A stretch of DNA of 64,000 nt from an uncultured Acidobacteriota bacterium (GTDB lineage: Bacteria; Acidobacteriota; Vicinamibacteria; Vicinamibacterales; UBA8438). Below, in pieces: positions 17,769 through 28,242 of this stretch (its first letter is position 1; every line of letters begins with the position of its first letter). Position numbers and translations under genes: made by a program. The stretch is taken from the NCBI GenBank assembly GCA_913043225.1, contig CAJWLU010000001.1, forward strand, positions 320,001 to 384,000, read 5' to 3'. A model generated the notes under the pieces. It was not told the origin of the DNA. It was given only the letters and a program-made list of their open reading frames with translations, and did not search any database.

Positions 17769-18935
17769 GTGCTCGGTTTCTCACGCTTCAGGCCCCGGGC
17801 CATCCCAGACCGTCGCAGCCTGCACATGGACGGCCGGCGGGGCACGCTGCCGTTCCGCTATGCGGTTGGGACCGGTGACGACTACATCTTCACCGTCGAC
17901 ATCTGGGCCTACCTGGACAAGCGGGACCCGGACCAGCACCTCGGCTGGTGGCGGTTCGAGCTCCCATCTGGGGACCGGCAGGCAGAGCTCGCACTCGACT
18001 TCGACCAGATCAGCATGGCGTCGGTCACGCTCCAAGTCGACGGCACAAGCTATCAGGCCCTCGATGGATGGCAGAACCCAGACTATCCGTTCGACCCGCT
18101 CGCCGATCTCGAACTGGTGTTCCGGAATGCCCAGGGCGAGGTGCAGCGGATCGAACCGACGCTGCTTAAATTTAGCGACCGTGACGGGCTGCGGCGGTTC
18201 TACGCGCGACACTTCGCGACCGACGGGTATACCTCGGCGGAAGAAGCCCCGTTTCTGCCGAACCTCCACGCCTACAAGCTGGACCGGCTCGAACGCCTGT
18301 TCACGAAACACATCCCCGTGGGAGGGTGGGTCGTCGACGTTGGCTGTGGACGGTCGCTGTTCTCGGACATCGATACGACCTTTCCCTTCACGGTGTTTGC
18401 TGGCGACCTGAACTACGACTCGGTGCACACCCGGGCGCTCGAAGTGCCGTCTCAACGGTGGAGCGTGTTCGACGCGGCAGCCGTGCCGCTCGCCGACGCC
18501 AGCGTCGACGCGCTCTTCGCCGGTGAAGTGATCGAGCACCTCACCGACGTCGAAGCCACACTCCGCGAATGGGGCCGGGTGTTGAAGCCCGGAGGAGTCG
18601 CCATCATCACCACTCCGAACCGCGACCGTCTGGTCTCGGTGGTGGGCGGAATGGAGCGCCCCTACAGCCGGGACCACCTCCGAGAACTGTCGTATCGGGA
18701 ACTGACGGGCGAGCTGCTCCCTGCGAGCGGTTTCCGGGTCGTGGAGCAGTCGGGGCTCTATCTCGAGCTGTGGCTCAAGAACCTGTTCAGCGCCGAACCG
18801 GTCCACGACCACCTGCAACGGGGCGGCAACACGAAAGAGCACCTGTCGCTCATGCGGCGCTTGTATCCGTTGGGCCGCTGGCTACCTCGGTGGGCGCTCG
18901 GCATCGTGGTCGTCGCGCGAAAATGGGATACGTAG
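17769..18935 (+). CDS. Class I SAM-dependent methyltransferase with an unknown N-terminal domain
   Basis: VVDVGCG, EVIEHL and RVLKPGG...TTPN motifs. GTG start after AGGAG. Confidence 0.8.
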   Translation: MLGFSRFRPRAIPDRRSLHMDGRRGTLPFRYAVGTGDDYIFTVDIWAYLDKRDPDQHLGWWRFELPSGDRQAELALDFDQISMASVTLQVDGTSYQALDGWQNPDYPFDPLADLELVFRNAQGEVQRIEPTLLKFSDRDGLRRFYARHFATDGYTSAEEAPFLPNLHAYKLDRLERLFTKHIPVGGWVVDVGCGRSLFSDIDTTFPFTVFAGDLNYDSVHTRALEVPSQRWSVFDAAAVPLADASVDALFAGEVIEHLTDVEATLREWGRVLKPGGVAIITTPNRDRLVSVVGGMERPYSRDHLRELSYRELTGELLPASGFRVVEQSGLYLELWLKNLFSAEPVHDHLQRGGNTKEHLSLMRRLYPLGRWLPRWALGIVVVARKWDT

Positions 18936-18957
18936 AAGCATCAGCGCAGCGAATCGC

Positions 18958-20616
18958 TCAGCGCCTTGATTGAGTGGGCGTGACCCGAACGACCTGACCG
19001 CCGGAGGCGTGCTCGAGCAGCAGGTAGAGCTCGCCAGTCGGGCCGATCTCGACGTCTCTGATCCGTGCCACGTTCTCGATCAGGATCTCCCGCTCGAGCA
19101 GCTGACCATCCTCGATTCGCAGCCGGATGAGGTCTGCTGCCTTGAGCGAGCCGACCAGCAGATCCCCGCGCCAGGCGGCAAGAGCGTCACCCTCATAGAC
19201 CACGAATGACGACACGGCCACCGACGGGGTGAAATCCACGACAGGTTGGGCAACATCCTCGAGCGACACCTCGGTACCGTGGCGCCCGTCCCAGTTGACC
19301 TCTGTCCCATCGTAGTTCTGTCCGTTCGAGAAGAGCGGCCAGCCGTAGTTGCGTCCAGGCAGCAGTAGATTCAGCTCGTCGCCGCCCCGGGGTCCGTGCT
19401 CGGTTCCCCACAGGCGATCGGTGCGGGCATCGAACTCGAGGCCCTGCGGGGACCTGTGGCCATAACTCCAGATGCTCGGCACCGCGCCGGGCAGATCGAC
19501 GAAGGGATTATCAGCCGGGACTCGGCCATCGTCGTGGATCCGGTGGATCTTGCCGTGCGGCGAGGCGAGGTCCTGAATCCCGTCGTCGCTCTTGTAGCCC
19601 ACGCTCAGAAACACGTACCCGTCCGGGTCGAACGCGATTCGACCACCGGCCACCGAGTCGCTCGAGGGCGAGTAGGATTCGAGCGGCGGCTGCCAGATCA
19701 CTTGCTCGTCTGTCCAGCGGCCGTCTTCAATGCGACCACGGACGAGCTTGACCATGGACACCGGACGCTCTGAGACTCGACTGGCCTCGTTGCAGCCTCC
19801 ACAGCGGTCGGTGTAGGCCAGGTAGATCCAACCATTCTCCGGATAGCGCGGATGCAGAGCAACGTCCAGGAGCCAGCCGATGCCCTCCTCGACACCACCC
19901 AGACCGAGCTGGCTGTCGTCGTAGACCGCCGGCGTACCTTCGATAAGCGTCGAGCGTTCTCCCTCCGGCGTGACGAGCCGAAGGCCGCGCTTCTTCTCGG
20001 TGACCAACACATATCCATCGGGCAGCACCGCGAGGGAGTATGGAAGTGGGTCGAGCCCCGCGATCAGCACGTCGATCTCGAGGTCGTACGCCTGGGTTCG
20101 GATCTCGCCCTCCGGGATGGTGAGCTCGTCCATATAGTTGAACTGCGAGTAGACCAACCCGTCCCGAACCTCGGCTATCCAGAGCGCCAGGGTCTTGATC
20201 TGGTCGGCGCTCATGATAGCGGACCAGGCCGGCATGTCGCGTTCCGGGACGCCGTTGCTGATGCTCGCCACCAGTTCGTCGACAGACGCGCCGCCGGCGA
20301 GCGCGGCCCCGACGAGCGGCGTGCCCTGGGCCGCCCCCTCCATGCGCTCGCCGTGGCAGACGGCGCAGTGCTCGCTGAACAACTCCGCGCCAGCTTCGAG
20401 CATGAAGCGCTCGCCCTCCACATCCCGGTTCCTGGTGTACGTGCCAGTCCCTCTCCCGGGCTCTTCACCACCATCTCGGTCCGTGGAAGGGGCAGCACAG
20501 GCGACGGCGGCCAGGGGCACGATGAGCAGTGCTGCCGCCAGCCAGCGCCACGGGCCGCCCGTACGGCGAAACGCCGAGTACAGCGGCAATGAAGAGGGAG
20601 GGAGCGAAGCGGCCAT
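18958..20616 (-). CDS. PQQ-dependent glucose/sorbosone (soluble GDH-type) dehydrogenase fused to an N-terminal cytochrome c; possible lipoprotein
   Basis: CAVCHG heme motif with distal MPAW. GSDH motifs LLDVALHP, GGRIAF, GKIHRI..DG.VP.DNPF, SYGHRSPQGL and EHGPRGGDELN...NYGWP. Lipobox-like LAAVAC. Confidence 0.85.
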   Translation of the reverse strand: MAASLPPSSLPLYSAFRRTGGPWRWLAAALLIVPLAAVACAAPSTDRDGGEEPGRGTGTYTRNRDVEGERFMLEAGAELFSEHCAVCHGERMEGAAQGTPLVGAALAGGASVDELVASISNGVPERDMPAWSAIMSADQIKTLALWIAEVRDGLVYSQFNYMDELTIPEGEIRTQAYDLEIDVLIAGLDPLPYSLAVLPDGYVLVTEKKRGLRLVTPEGERSTLIEGTPAVYDDSQLGLGGVEEGIGWLLDVALHPRYPENGWIYLAYTDRCGGCNEASRVSERPVSMVKLVRGRIEDGRWTDEQVIWQPPLESYSPSSDSVAGGRIAFDPDGYVFLSVGYKSDDGIQDLASPHGKIHRIHDDGRVPADNPFVDLPGAVPSIWSYGHRSPQGLEFDARTDRLWGTEHGPRGGDELNLLLPGRNYGWPLFSNGQNYDGTEVNWDGRHGTEVSLEDVAQPVVDFTPSVAVSSFVVYEGDALAAWRGDLLVGSLKAADLIRLRIEDGQLLEREILIENVARIRDVEIGPTGELYLLLEHASGGQVVRVTPTQSRR

Positions 20617-20620
20617 AGAG

Positions 20621-21640
20621 TCAGGGCGTCCTGGCCACGCGAAATCCTACGCTGTTGTACGTTCTCGTGGTGTCGTCGTTGCTCCGCTTGGCAGACCGCA
20701 CGCCCATGGGTCCGTAGAACCAGGAGCCGCCGCGAACCACACGCCTCGAACAGTCGCCCGCGTCCCGCCAGACGTCGCCGCCGATCGGGGCGTCAGCATA
20801 GGACTCGTGCCAGCAATCTGCCGTCCACTCCCAGACATTGCCCAGCATGTCGTACAGGCCGAACGCGTTCGGTCGATAGCTCGCCACCGGGGCCGAGACC
20901 ACATGGCCGTCAGCACAATCTACGGTCGACCGCTCCCTGAGCCGCGGCTGGGCGTCCTCGTCGGCGCCATTGGCGAAATCGCACGGGCTTGCGGACCCCT
21001 CGACCTCCCAATGGCGTGCGGTGGTCGTGCGAGCGCGCGCGGCGTACTCCCACTCGGCTTCCGTGGGTAACCGGTAGTGCTGACCCGTGCGCGCGGCGAG
21101 CCACTCGGTGTAGGCCAGCGCATCGTCGAAGGACACGCACACGACTGGCATCGAGGCGACCTGGGCAACGTCCAGGTAGCGTGGATCCCGCCAGGACGCG
21201 TCCACGCCGTCGACAAAGGTGATGCCAGCGTCGTTCAACGCGCGACAGTTCCCGCTGTCGGCCGTCGCGACATACCCCGAGTCCTCCACGAAGACCGAGA
21301 ACTCCGCCACGGTGACTTCGCAGCGACCGAGGGCAAACGACTTCACCGTAACCGTGTGCACTGGCTTCTCGTTACTGTCACCGTCGAGCGAGCCCATCCT
21401 GAAATGACCGCCCTCGATGACGACCATCTCCGGGCCCATCGCCGGGTCGCTGCGACAGACGTTCGGGTCCCGCTCGGGGAGTTGGATGGTCACCTCCCTG
21501 GCAGTCTCGCTTCCGCTGCCGCTGGCTACTCCTCGGCTGAAGAGGCCACCACAGACCAGCAAGGCCAGGCAGACCGCAATCCCCCGCGTCAGTCGCGCGC
21601 CAAGCCGTGTGCCCCTCGCGAGTTGAGACTCTGCAGCCAC
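20621..21640 (-). CDS. FGE-sulfatase (SUMF1) domain protein, secreted
   Basis: F.MGS, EVT..EF, PVVCVS, YRLPTEAEWEYAAR, PNAFGLYDMLGNVWEW, RGGSW and GFRV motifs. Confidence 0.88.
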   Translation of the reverse strand: MAAESQLARGTRLGARLTRGIAVCLALLVCGGLFSRGVASGSGSETAREVTIQLPERDPNVCRSDPAMGPEMVVIEGGHFRMGSLDGDSNEKPVHTVTVKSFALGRCEVTVAEFSVFVEDSGYVATADSGNCRALNDAGITFVDGVDASWRDPRYLDVAQVASMPVVCVSFDDALAYTEWLAARTGQHYRLPTEAEWEYAARARTTTARHWEVEGSASPCDFANGADEDAQPRLRERSTVDCADGHVVSAPVASYRPNAFGLYDMLGNVWEWTADCWHESYADAPIGGDVWRDAGDCSRRVVRGGSWFYGPMGVRSAKRSNDDTTRTYNSVGFRVARTP

Positions 21641-22125
21641 ATCACTCTCCTTCTTGGCCGAGCACTGCGCGGCTCAGTCGCCGCACCACATCCACACGCA
21701 GATGGAGCATGGCGGCCGTACGGCTGTGAGCCGCTGCCACGACGCCTCGAAGACGATAGCAGTTCTCGGAGCCCCCCGGTCGGTGGGGGTTGTTCGGAGG
21801 CGGGGGCGTCACCGTGTGACGGTCGCCCTGCTGACGTGGCGCGGCGACTGACAGCGGACCGAGGCTCCTCGTGCCCGCTTTGGCCCTCGCCATCAACAGA
21901 CTGGAAGCGTGTCTTCGTCGCCAGTGGGGTCACCGCTCCGCGCGAACGAGATGACGGTTGTTCGACCGGCGTTGGCCAGCGCTCGTACCGCAGGATCGTC
22001 GGCGTCATACAGATTCATACGATCGACGCCTCTGGCAAAGCGATTGAAAGTGACTGCTGGGTTTGCCGCGCTCTCGTCGTTTGGAGATTACCTCGCCACG
22101 AGGGTCCCCCCTCGAGCGGTCTAGC

Positions 22126-24015
22126 CTAGTTCCCCTGCCGATCCAAGATCTCCTCGATCCGGTCCATGACCCTGTCCATGCGGGCGATGAGGGCGTCGTA
22201 GGGAGCGTCGATGGCCAGGTCGATGCCGTATTCCTGGAGCAGCTCGTAGGCGTAGCGTGAGCCGCCGGCGGAGAGGACGGCGAGATAGTCGTCGCGCGCC
22301 TGCTCGTCACCGTTGAGAAAGCGCTCGGCGAACATCGTGCCGCCGGCGATCGAGGTGGCGTACTGGAACACGTAGAAGTTCCGGTAAAAGTGCGGGATGA
22401 AGGCCCACTCCACGGCGTAGGCCGGATCGATGTTCATCACCCCTTCATCGGCGCCGTGATACTGACGGAGGAGCTGCTCGTAGACCGAGGTCATCTTCTC
22501 GCCCGAGAGCGCTTCGCCCGCTTCCACCATCTCGTGGATGCGCAGCTCGAACTCGGCGAACATGGTCTGGCGGAAGAAGGTACCACGAGCGGCCTCGAGC
22601 GCCGTGCCCAGATAAAACAGCCGCTCCTCGTCCGAGATGTCCTGGCCGAGCATGTGCTCCTGGAGCAGCACCTCATTGGTGGTCGACGCGATCTCGGCCG
22701 TGAACGTCGCGTAGCTCGAGGTCTCGTAGGGATTGTGCTCGGTCGACAGCAGCGTGTGCACGGCGTGTCCCCACTCGTGGGTGAACGTCGACACGTCGTT
22801 GAACTGGCCGTTGTGGTTCAGCAGCAGATACGGGTGCACGTCGTAGACGCTGCCGTACATGTAGGCGCCGGGTGCCTTGCCCGCTTGCGGATAGACGTGC
22901 ATCCAGTCGCCGGCGAACCCGCGTTCGAGCAGCGACAGGTAGTGGCCGCCCAGAGGCGCCGCCGAGGCCAGCGTCAGCGCCTTCGACTCTTCGATGTCGA
23001 AGGACCGATCCGACGCCACCAGCGGCGGATAGATGTCGTAGTAGTGCAGGTCGTCGAGCCCGAGCATCCGCTGTCGCAAACGGAAATATCGATAGAGCGA
23101 GGGCAGATGCCGATGGGTCGCCTCGATGAGCTTGCGATACACGGCCGTCGGGATGTTGGGCCCGGACAAGGCCGCGTCGAGCGCGTTCTCGTACTTGCGG
23201 GTCTTGGCCTGGAACACGTGCGACTTCACGTGCGTGTCGAGGGTCTGCCCGATCGAGTTCTGGTACGCGTTCCAGGTCCCCCAGAACGCGTCGAACACCT
23301 TCTTGCGGTCGTCTCGATTCTGAGAGGCCCGGTGCAGCGAGTAGCCAGCCTGGTCGAGGGTGACCTCGTCGCCCGTCGACAGCGTGAGGACCGGCCATGT
23401 GATGTCCGAGCTGGTCAGCAGCGCATAGATCCGCTCGGGGCCCTGGACGACCGGACCGGTGGCCGCGAGGATCTGCTCGGCCTCGTCGGAGAGGGTGTGC
23501 GGCTCCTGCCGCAGGGTGTTCTGAATGTTGAACGCGTGCTTCTCGAGGCCGGGGTCCTCGCCCAGATACCGCTCGATGGTGGCCGAACCGACACGCAGCA
23601 GCTCCGGTGACACCCACGACACGGCTTCGCCGAACTCGGACAACAGCGCGGCGGCGAGTCCCCGCCGCTCCTGGTCTGCAGACACGCGACGGTCTTCGTC
23701 AGCCTTCAGGAACGCAAAAACGTAGAGTCGGGCCAGCTCCTTCTCTGTGTCGGAGATCTCGTCGTACGCCTCGCGCAGCACGGCGGCGCTCTCGCCCAAT
23801 CGGCCACGGAAGGCGGCCAGCCCATCGACGCGGGTCTCGAGGCGGGCCTTCGCCGCGTCCCATGCGTCGAAACTCGGGTAGATCTCGCTCAGATCCCAGA
23901 CGATCTGTTCGAGGGGCGTCTCCTGGGCTTCCGCGACCGCTGTCGTCATCATCATCGTCGTCACCATCGTCAGTGCCCCGCCGAGCGCGGGGCAGACACC
24001 GCGTGGCCATCTCAT
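22126..24015 (-). CDS. pepF: Oligoendopeptidase F (M3B family) with signal peptide
   Basis: WDLSEIY, GAYM..VHPYLLLN, HEWGH, AEIAST.NE, RQTMFAEFE and HFY..FYVFQYAT motifs. RBS AGGAGGAG before ATG at 24015. Confidence 0.9.
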   Translation of the reverse strand: MRWPRGVCPALGGALTMVTTMMMTTAVAEAQETPLEQIVWDLSEIYPSFDAWDAAKARLETRVDGLAAFRGRLGESAAVLREAYDEISDTEKELARLYVFAFLKADEDRRVSADQERRGLAAALLSEFGEAVSWVSPELLRVGSATIERYLGEDPGLEKHAFNIQNTLRQEPHTLSDEAEQILAATGPVVQGPERIYALLTSSDITWPVLTLSTGDEVTLDQAGYSLHRASQNRDDRKKVFDAFWGTWNAYQNSIGQTLDTHVKSHVFQAKTRKYENALDAALSGPNIPTAVYRKLIEATHRHLPSLYRYFRLRQRMLGLDDLHYYDIYPPLVASDRSFDIEESKALTLASAAPLGGHYLSLLERGFAGDWMHVYPQAGKAPGAYMYGSVYDVHPYLLLNHNGQFNDVSTFTHEWGHAVHTLLSTEHNPYETSSYATFTAEIASTTNEVLLQEHMLGQDISDEERLFYLGTALEAARGTFFRQTMFAEFELRIHEMVEAGEALSGEKMTSVYEQLLRQYHGADEGVMNIDPAYAVEWAFIPHFYRNFYVFQYATSIAGGTMFAERFLNGDEQARDDYLAVLSAGGSRYAYELLQEYGIDLAIDAPYDALIARMDRVMDRIEEILDRQGN

Positions 24016-24080
24016 GCTGGCTCCTCCTGAGACGATCCTCCGCCGAAAACCGAACGGCGTCGCCATTTGCCCGAACTCGG

Positions 24081-26747
24081 TCAACTCTGAGGGTTGACCA
24101 GCTGACGCAGCACGTAAGGCAGGATCCCGCCGTGCCGGTAATAGCTCAGCTCGTCGGGGGTATCGATACGCACGTCGACCGCAAACGACCGGCGGTTACC
24201 GTCGGCGGCCACGGCTTCGACTGTCGCCTGGCTCCGGGGAACTAGCCCGCTGCCGATCCCGGTCACCTGGAACGCTTCCTGCCCGGTCAGCCCCAGCGAC
24301 GCCACCGTCTCGCTGTCCCGGAACTGGAGCGGCAAGACGCCCATGAAGACGAGGTTGCTCCGGTGGATCCGTTCAAAGCTCTCTGCGATCACCGCCAGAA
24401 CCCCGAGCAACATCGTGCCCTTGGCGGCCCAGTCCCGTGACGACCCCGAGCCGTACTCCTTGCCGGCCAGGACGAGCAGGCCGACGCCAGCCTCGCGATA
24501 CCGCATCGCGGCGTCGTAGATGCTCATCTCTTCGCCGTCGGGCTGATAGCGTGTCCATCCGCCCTCGGTGCCCGGCGCGAGCTGGTTGCGCAGGCGGATG
24601 TTGGCGAACGTCCCCCTCATCATGACCTCGTGGTTGCCGCGCCGGCTGCCAAACGAGTTGAAGTCGCCCGGGGCGACCCCACACGAGACCAGATAGCGGC
24701 CCGCCGGGCCATCGGCGGGGATCGTTCCGGCCGGAGAGATGTGGTCGGTGGTCACGCTATCGCCCAGCAGCGCCAGCACCCGAGCGTCGATAATCTCCCC
24801 CGGGGGCGACGGCTCTGGCGAGAGCGCCTCGAAGAACGGCGGATTGCGCACGTAGGTCGAGTCGTCGTCCCAGGCGAACCGCTGCCCCGTGGGGGCCGGC
24901 AGGCCCTGCCATCGATCGTCGCCGTCGAACACGCCGGCATACTTGGAGGTGAACTGTTCGGTCCGCACGGCGCTGGCCATGGCCGACTGGATCTCGGCCG
25001 CAGTCGGCCAGATGTCGGACAGGAATACGTCCCTGCCCTCGGCGTCCTGCCCTAGCGCCTCGGTGGTCAGATCGGTACTCATCCACCCGGCCAGCGCGTA
25101 GGCAACGACCAGCGGCGGCGAGGCCAGATAGTTAGCACGCACCTGCTGCTGCACACGGCCCTCGAAGTTTCGGTTGCCGCTGAGCACGGAGGTCACCACC
25201 AGGTTGCGCTCTCTCACCTCGGCGGACACGTCTTCGGGGAGCGGACCACTGTTGCCGATGCAGGTCGTACACCCGTAGCCGACCAGACCAAAGCCCAGCT
25301 CGGCCAGCGGCGCCATCAACCCCGCCGCCTCGAGATACTCGGTCACCACGAGGGAACCGGGCGCCAGACTGGTCTTCACCCACGGCTTCGGTCTGAGCCC
25401 GCGCTCGGCCGCCTTCTTCGCCAACAAGCCGGCCGCAATCATGACGCTGGGGTTTGACGTGTTGGTACAGCTCGTGATCGCAGCGATTACGACCGCGCCA
25501 TGGTCGAGGGTCTCGCTGCCGCCGTTCCCGGCCGCGGCGTCGCCGGCCAAGTCGCTCAGGACATCGCCAAACGCCGTCTTGGCGCTGGCGAGCGCCACCC
25601 GGTCCTGGGGGCGCTTCGGGCCCGCGATGCTCGGCTCGACCTCGGCAAGATCGAATTCCACCACGGCGGCATACACCGGCTCATCCGCATCGCCGCCAAA
25701 CACACCCTGGGCCCGGGCGTAGGCGTCGACCAACGCCACCTGGCTCTTGTCACGGCCGGTCAACACCAGATAGTCAATCGTCATCTGGTCGATCGGGCAG
25801 ATCGCCACCGTCGAACCGTATTCGGGCGACATGTTGCCCAGCGTGGCGCGGTCGGCCAGGGTCAACGAGGCCAACCCAGGACCGAAGAACTCAACGAACT
25901 TGCCCACCACACCGTGCTGCCGCAGACGCTCGGTGATGGTCAGCACGAGATCAGTTGCCGTCGTGCCTTCCGGTAGTCGTCCGGTGAGCTTGAAACCGAC
26001 GACATCGGGAATCAGCATCGACACCGGCTGGCCGAGCATGGCCGCCTCGGCCTCAATCCCACCGACACCCCAACCCACAACGCCGAGCCCGTTGACCATG
26101 GTGGTGTGCGAGTCGGTGCCCACCAGCGTGTCGGGATAGGCGATCAAACCGTCCCGATGTGGCTCGGTGCAGACGACGCGCGCCAAATACTCGAGGTTCA
26201 CCTGGTGCACGATGCCGGTATCAGGCGGCACCACCCTGAAGTTATCGAAGGCCTGCTGACCCCATTTCAGGAACGCGTAGCGCTCCTTGTTACGCGAGAA
26301 TTCGAGTTGAGCGTTGAGGTCGAAGGCGTTCGCCTCGCGGAAGTGATCGACCTGCACCGAGTGGTCAATGACGAGTTCGGCCGGCTGCAGCGGGTTGATG
26401 CGATCCGGATCACCGCCGAGCCGTACCACGCCGTCCCGCATCGCGGCCAGATCGACCACCGCGGGCACGCCGGTGAAATCCTGCAAGAGCACGCGGGCCG
26501 GCATAAAGGCGATCTCCTTGGTCACTCCCGCCTGCGGATCCCAATTCGCCAGGGCCTGGATGTCGTCGGCTGTCACCCGCGAGCCGTCTTCGCGGCGAAG
26601 CAGGTTCTCGAGCAGTACCTTGAGCGAATACGGGAGTCGCGACACGGAGGGAAACCGCGCCGCCAGGGTCGCCAGACTGTGATACGAGACTGTCGCGCCG
26701 TCGACCAGGAGGGTGGCAAGAGTACCGAAGCTGTTCTGCGTGCTCAT
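24081..26747 (-). CDS. acnA: Aconitate hydratase A
   Basis: [42 protein letters not shown] and [10 protein letters not shown] motifs. Confidence 0.97.
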   Translation of the reverse strand: MSTQNSFGTLATLLVDGATVSYHSLATLAARFPSVSRLPYSLKVLLENLLRREDGSRVTADDIQALANWDPQAGVTKEIAFMPARVLLQDFTGVPAVVDLAAMRDGVVRLGGDPDRINPLQPAELVIDHSVQVDHFREANAFDLNAQLEFSRNKERYAFLKWGQQAFDNFRVVPPDTGIVHQVNLEYLARVVCTEPHRDGLIAYPDTLVGTDSHTTMVNGLGVVGWGVGGIEAEAAMLGQPVSMLIPDVVGFKLTGRLPEGTTATDLVLTITERLRQHGVVGKFVEFFGPGLASLTLADRATLGNMSPEYGSTVAICPIDQMTIDYLVLTGRDKSQVALVDAYARAQGVFGGDADEPVYAAVVEFDLAEVEPSIAGPKRPQDRVALASAKTAFGDVLSDLAGDAAAGNGGSETLDHGAVVIAAITSCTNTSNPSVMIAAGLLAKKAAERGLRPKPWVKTSLAPGSLVVTEYLEAAGLMAPLAELGFGLVGYGCTTCIGNSGPLPEDVSAEVRERNLVVTSVLSGNRNFEGRVQQQVRANYLASPPLVVAYALAGWMSTDLTTEALGQDAEGRDVFLSDIWPTAAEIQSAMASAVRTEQFTSKYAGVFDGDDRWQGLPAPTGQRFAWDDDSTYVRNPPFFEALSPEPSPPGEIIDARVLALLGDSVTTDHISPAGTIPADGPAGRYLVSCGVAPGDFNSFGSRRGNHEVMMRGTFANIRLRNQLAPGTEGGWTRYQPDGEEMSIYDAAMRYREAGVGLLVLAGKEYGSGSSRDWAAKGTMLLGVLAVIAESFERIHRSNLVFMGVLPLQFRDSETVASLGLTGQEAFQVTGIGSGLVPRSQATVEAVAADGNRRSFAVDVRIDTPDELSYYRHGGILPYVLRQLVNPQS

Positions 26748-26871
26748 GGAATACCCGTGTTCTCAGCGAGACGTTGGGGGTCAGGGCGACCCTGGAACCA
26801 CCCATTGTCCGTCAGCCGCGAGAGGTCACGCAACCCGGCACGCGCAGCGCCTCTGACACAATTAGCCCCCT

Positions 26872-27756
26872 ATGCCACGCCTCGGAGCCCACATGTCGAT
26901 CACGGGCGGCCTGCCTCTCGCGATCGAACGCGCCAACGCGGCCGGGTGTGAGTGCCTGCAGATCTTCACCAAATCGTCTGGCCAATGGCGGGCACGCCCG
27001 CTGCCACCGGCCGAGATCTCGGCATTCCGCGAAGGGATGGACGTCACGGACGTTCGGCCCGTCTTCGCCCACGCGAGCTACTTGATCAACCTCGCCTCGC
27101 CGGACGACACCCTCCGTGACCGCTCGATGGCCGCGCTGGGCGAGGAGATGGACCGGGCCGAGGCGCTGGGGCTGGCCGGTGTCGTGCTGCACCCAGGGTC
27201 GTTCACGACCGCGACCCCGGAGCAAGGCTTGCGCCGGATCGCTGACGCGACCGTCTCCGTCCTCCGCCCTCGGGCAACCTTCGACACCCGGCTCCTGCTC
27301 GAGCACACCGCGGGCCAGGGCACGAATCTGGGTCACACGTTCGAACAGCTCGAGGTGATCATCAAAGAGGCCGAAGGGGCAGGTGCACCCGTCCTCGGTC
27401 TCTGCTTGGACACCTGCCATCTGGTAGCCGCTGGCTACGAGCTTAGCGAGCAGGCCGGCTACGACGACACCCTGGGCGAGTTGGACACCAGGATCGGACT
27501 CGAACGGGTCAGCCTGTGGCATCTAAATGACTCCAAAACCCCGCGCGGCAGTCGGGTCGACCGCCACACCCACATCGGGGCCGGACACGTGGGACTGGAC
27601 GGATTCCGGCACGTGCTGACCGACCCGAGATTCGCCGACCACCCGATGGTGCTCGAAACCCCGAAGGCGGGAAACCGACGTGCCGGCGGGGTGGAAGCTG
27701 ACGAAATGGACCTCGAGAATCTCCGAACTCTCCGTCAACTACTGGCGGACCGCTAA
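26872..27756 (+). CDS. nfo: Endonuclease IV
   Basis: LGAHMS, HASYLINL, LHPG, LEHTAGQG, DTCH, HLNDSK, DRH.HIG.G and LETP motifs. Confidence 0.93.
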   Translation: MPRLGAHMSITGGLPLAIERANAAGCECLQIFTKSSGQWRARPLPPAEISAFREGMDVTDVRPVFAHASYLINLASPDDTLRDRSMAALGEEMDRAEALGLAGVVLHPGSFTTATPEQGLRRIADATVSVLRPRATFDTRLLLEHTAGQGTNLGHTFEQLEVIIKEAEGAGAPVLGLCLDTCHLVAAGYELSEQAGYDDTLGELDTRIGLERVSLWHLNDSKTPRGSRVDRHTHIGAGHVGLDGFRHVLTDPRFADHPMVLETPKAGNRRAGGVEADEMDLENLRTLRQLLADR

Positions 27757-27907
27757 GCTGGACCTCGTTCAACGAAGACAAACGCCTCGAACCGGTACCG
27801 GGTCGCGGCGGCATCATGCAGGTACCCCTTCACAGCCTCGATGAGCGCCTCGGCATCTCCGGGATACCACTGACCGACGACCGCAACCGGCCGGACACCG
27901 CCGACGC

Positions 27908-28168
27908 TCACGGTCTGTCCTCGACCTGAGGTTCGGTCTCGTCGAGCGGAGATTCATCCGACTCCAAGCCAGGCGGGGTTGCGATAGCTTGTCGAAGCAG
28001 CACGAGCCGCACGCCTATGAAGACGAGTAGGGTGAGGATGGCCGGGCTGCCCATGACGAGCCAGAACGGGTCGAGCGCGAGCCCGACCACGAGCGACAGC
28101 ACCCCCAGGATGAGCATGATGCCTACCATCCACGGCGGATGTTGAAACACCGGACGCTGGTCAGTCAT
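27908..28168 (-). CDS. Small membrane protein, hypothetical
   Basis: Two hydrophobic helices and an acidic tail; fills the intergenic gap. Confidence 0.55.
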   Translation of the reverse strand: MTDQRPVFQHPPWMVGIMLILGVLSLVVGLALDPFWLVMGSPAILTLLVFIGVRLVLLRQAIATPPGLESDESPLDETEPQVEDRP

Positions 28169-28242
28169 TGGCGGTTGCTCGATTGTGGCACAGTCGGCAC
28201 ACGGTCGTTGACCGACTCGGGGTGGTGTGGTTCGATAGCCCC

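Noticed and set aside
23941..23972. GTC/ATC trinucleotide-like run in the pepF signal region
   Set aside because: Short, imperfect and in frame; no evidence for phase variation.
24016..24084. pepF start overlapping the acnA stop
   Set aside because: A strong AGGAGGAG RBS supports ATG 24015 instead.
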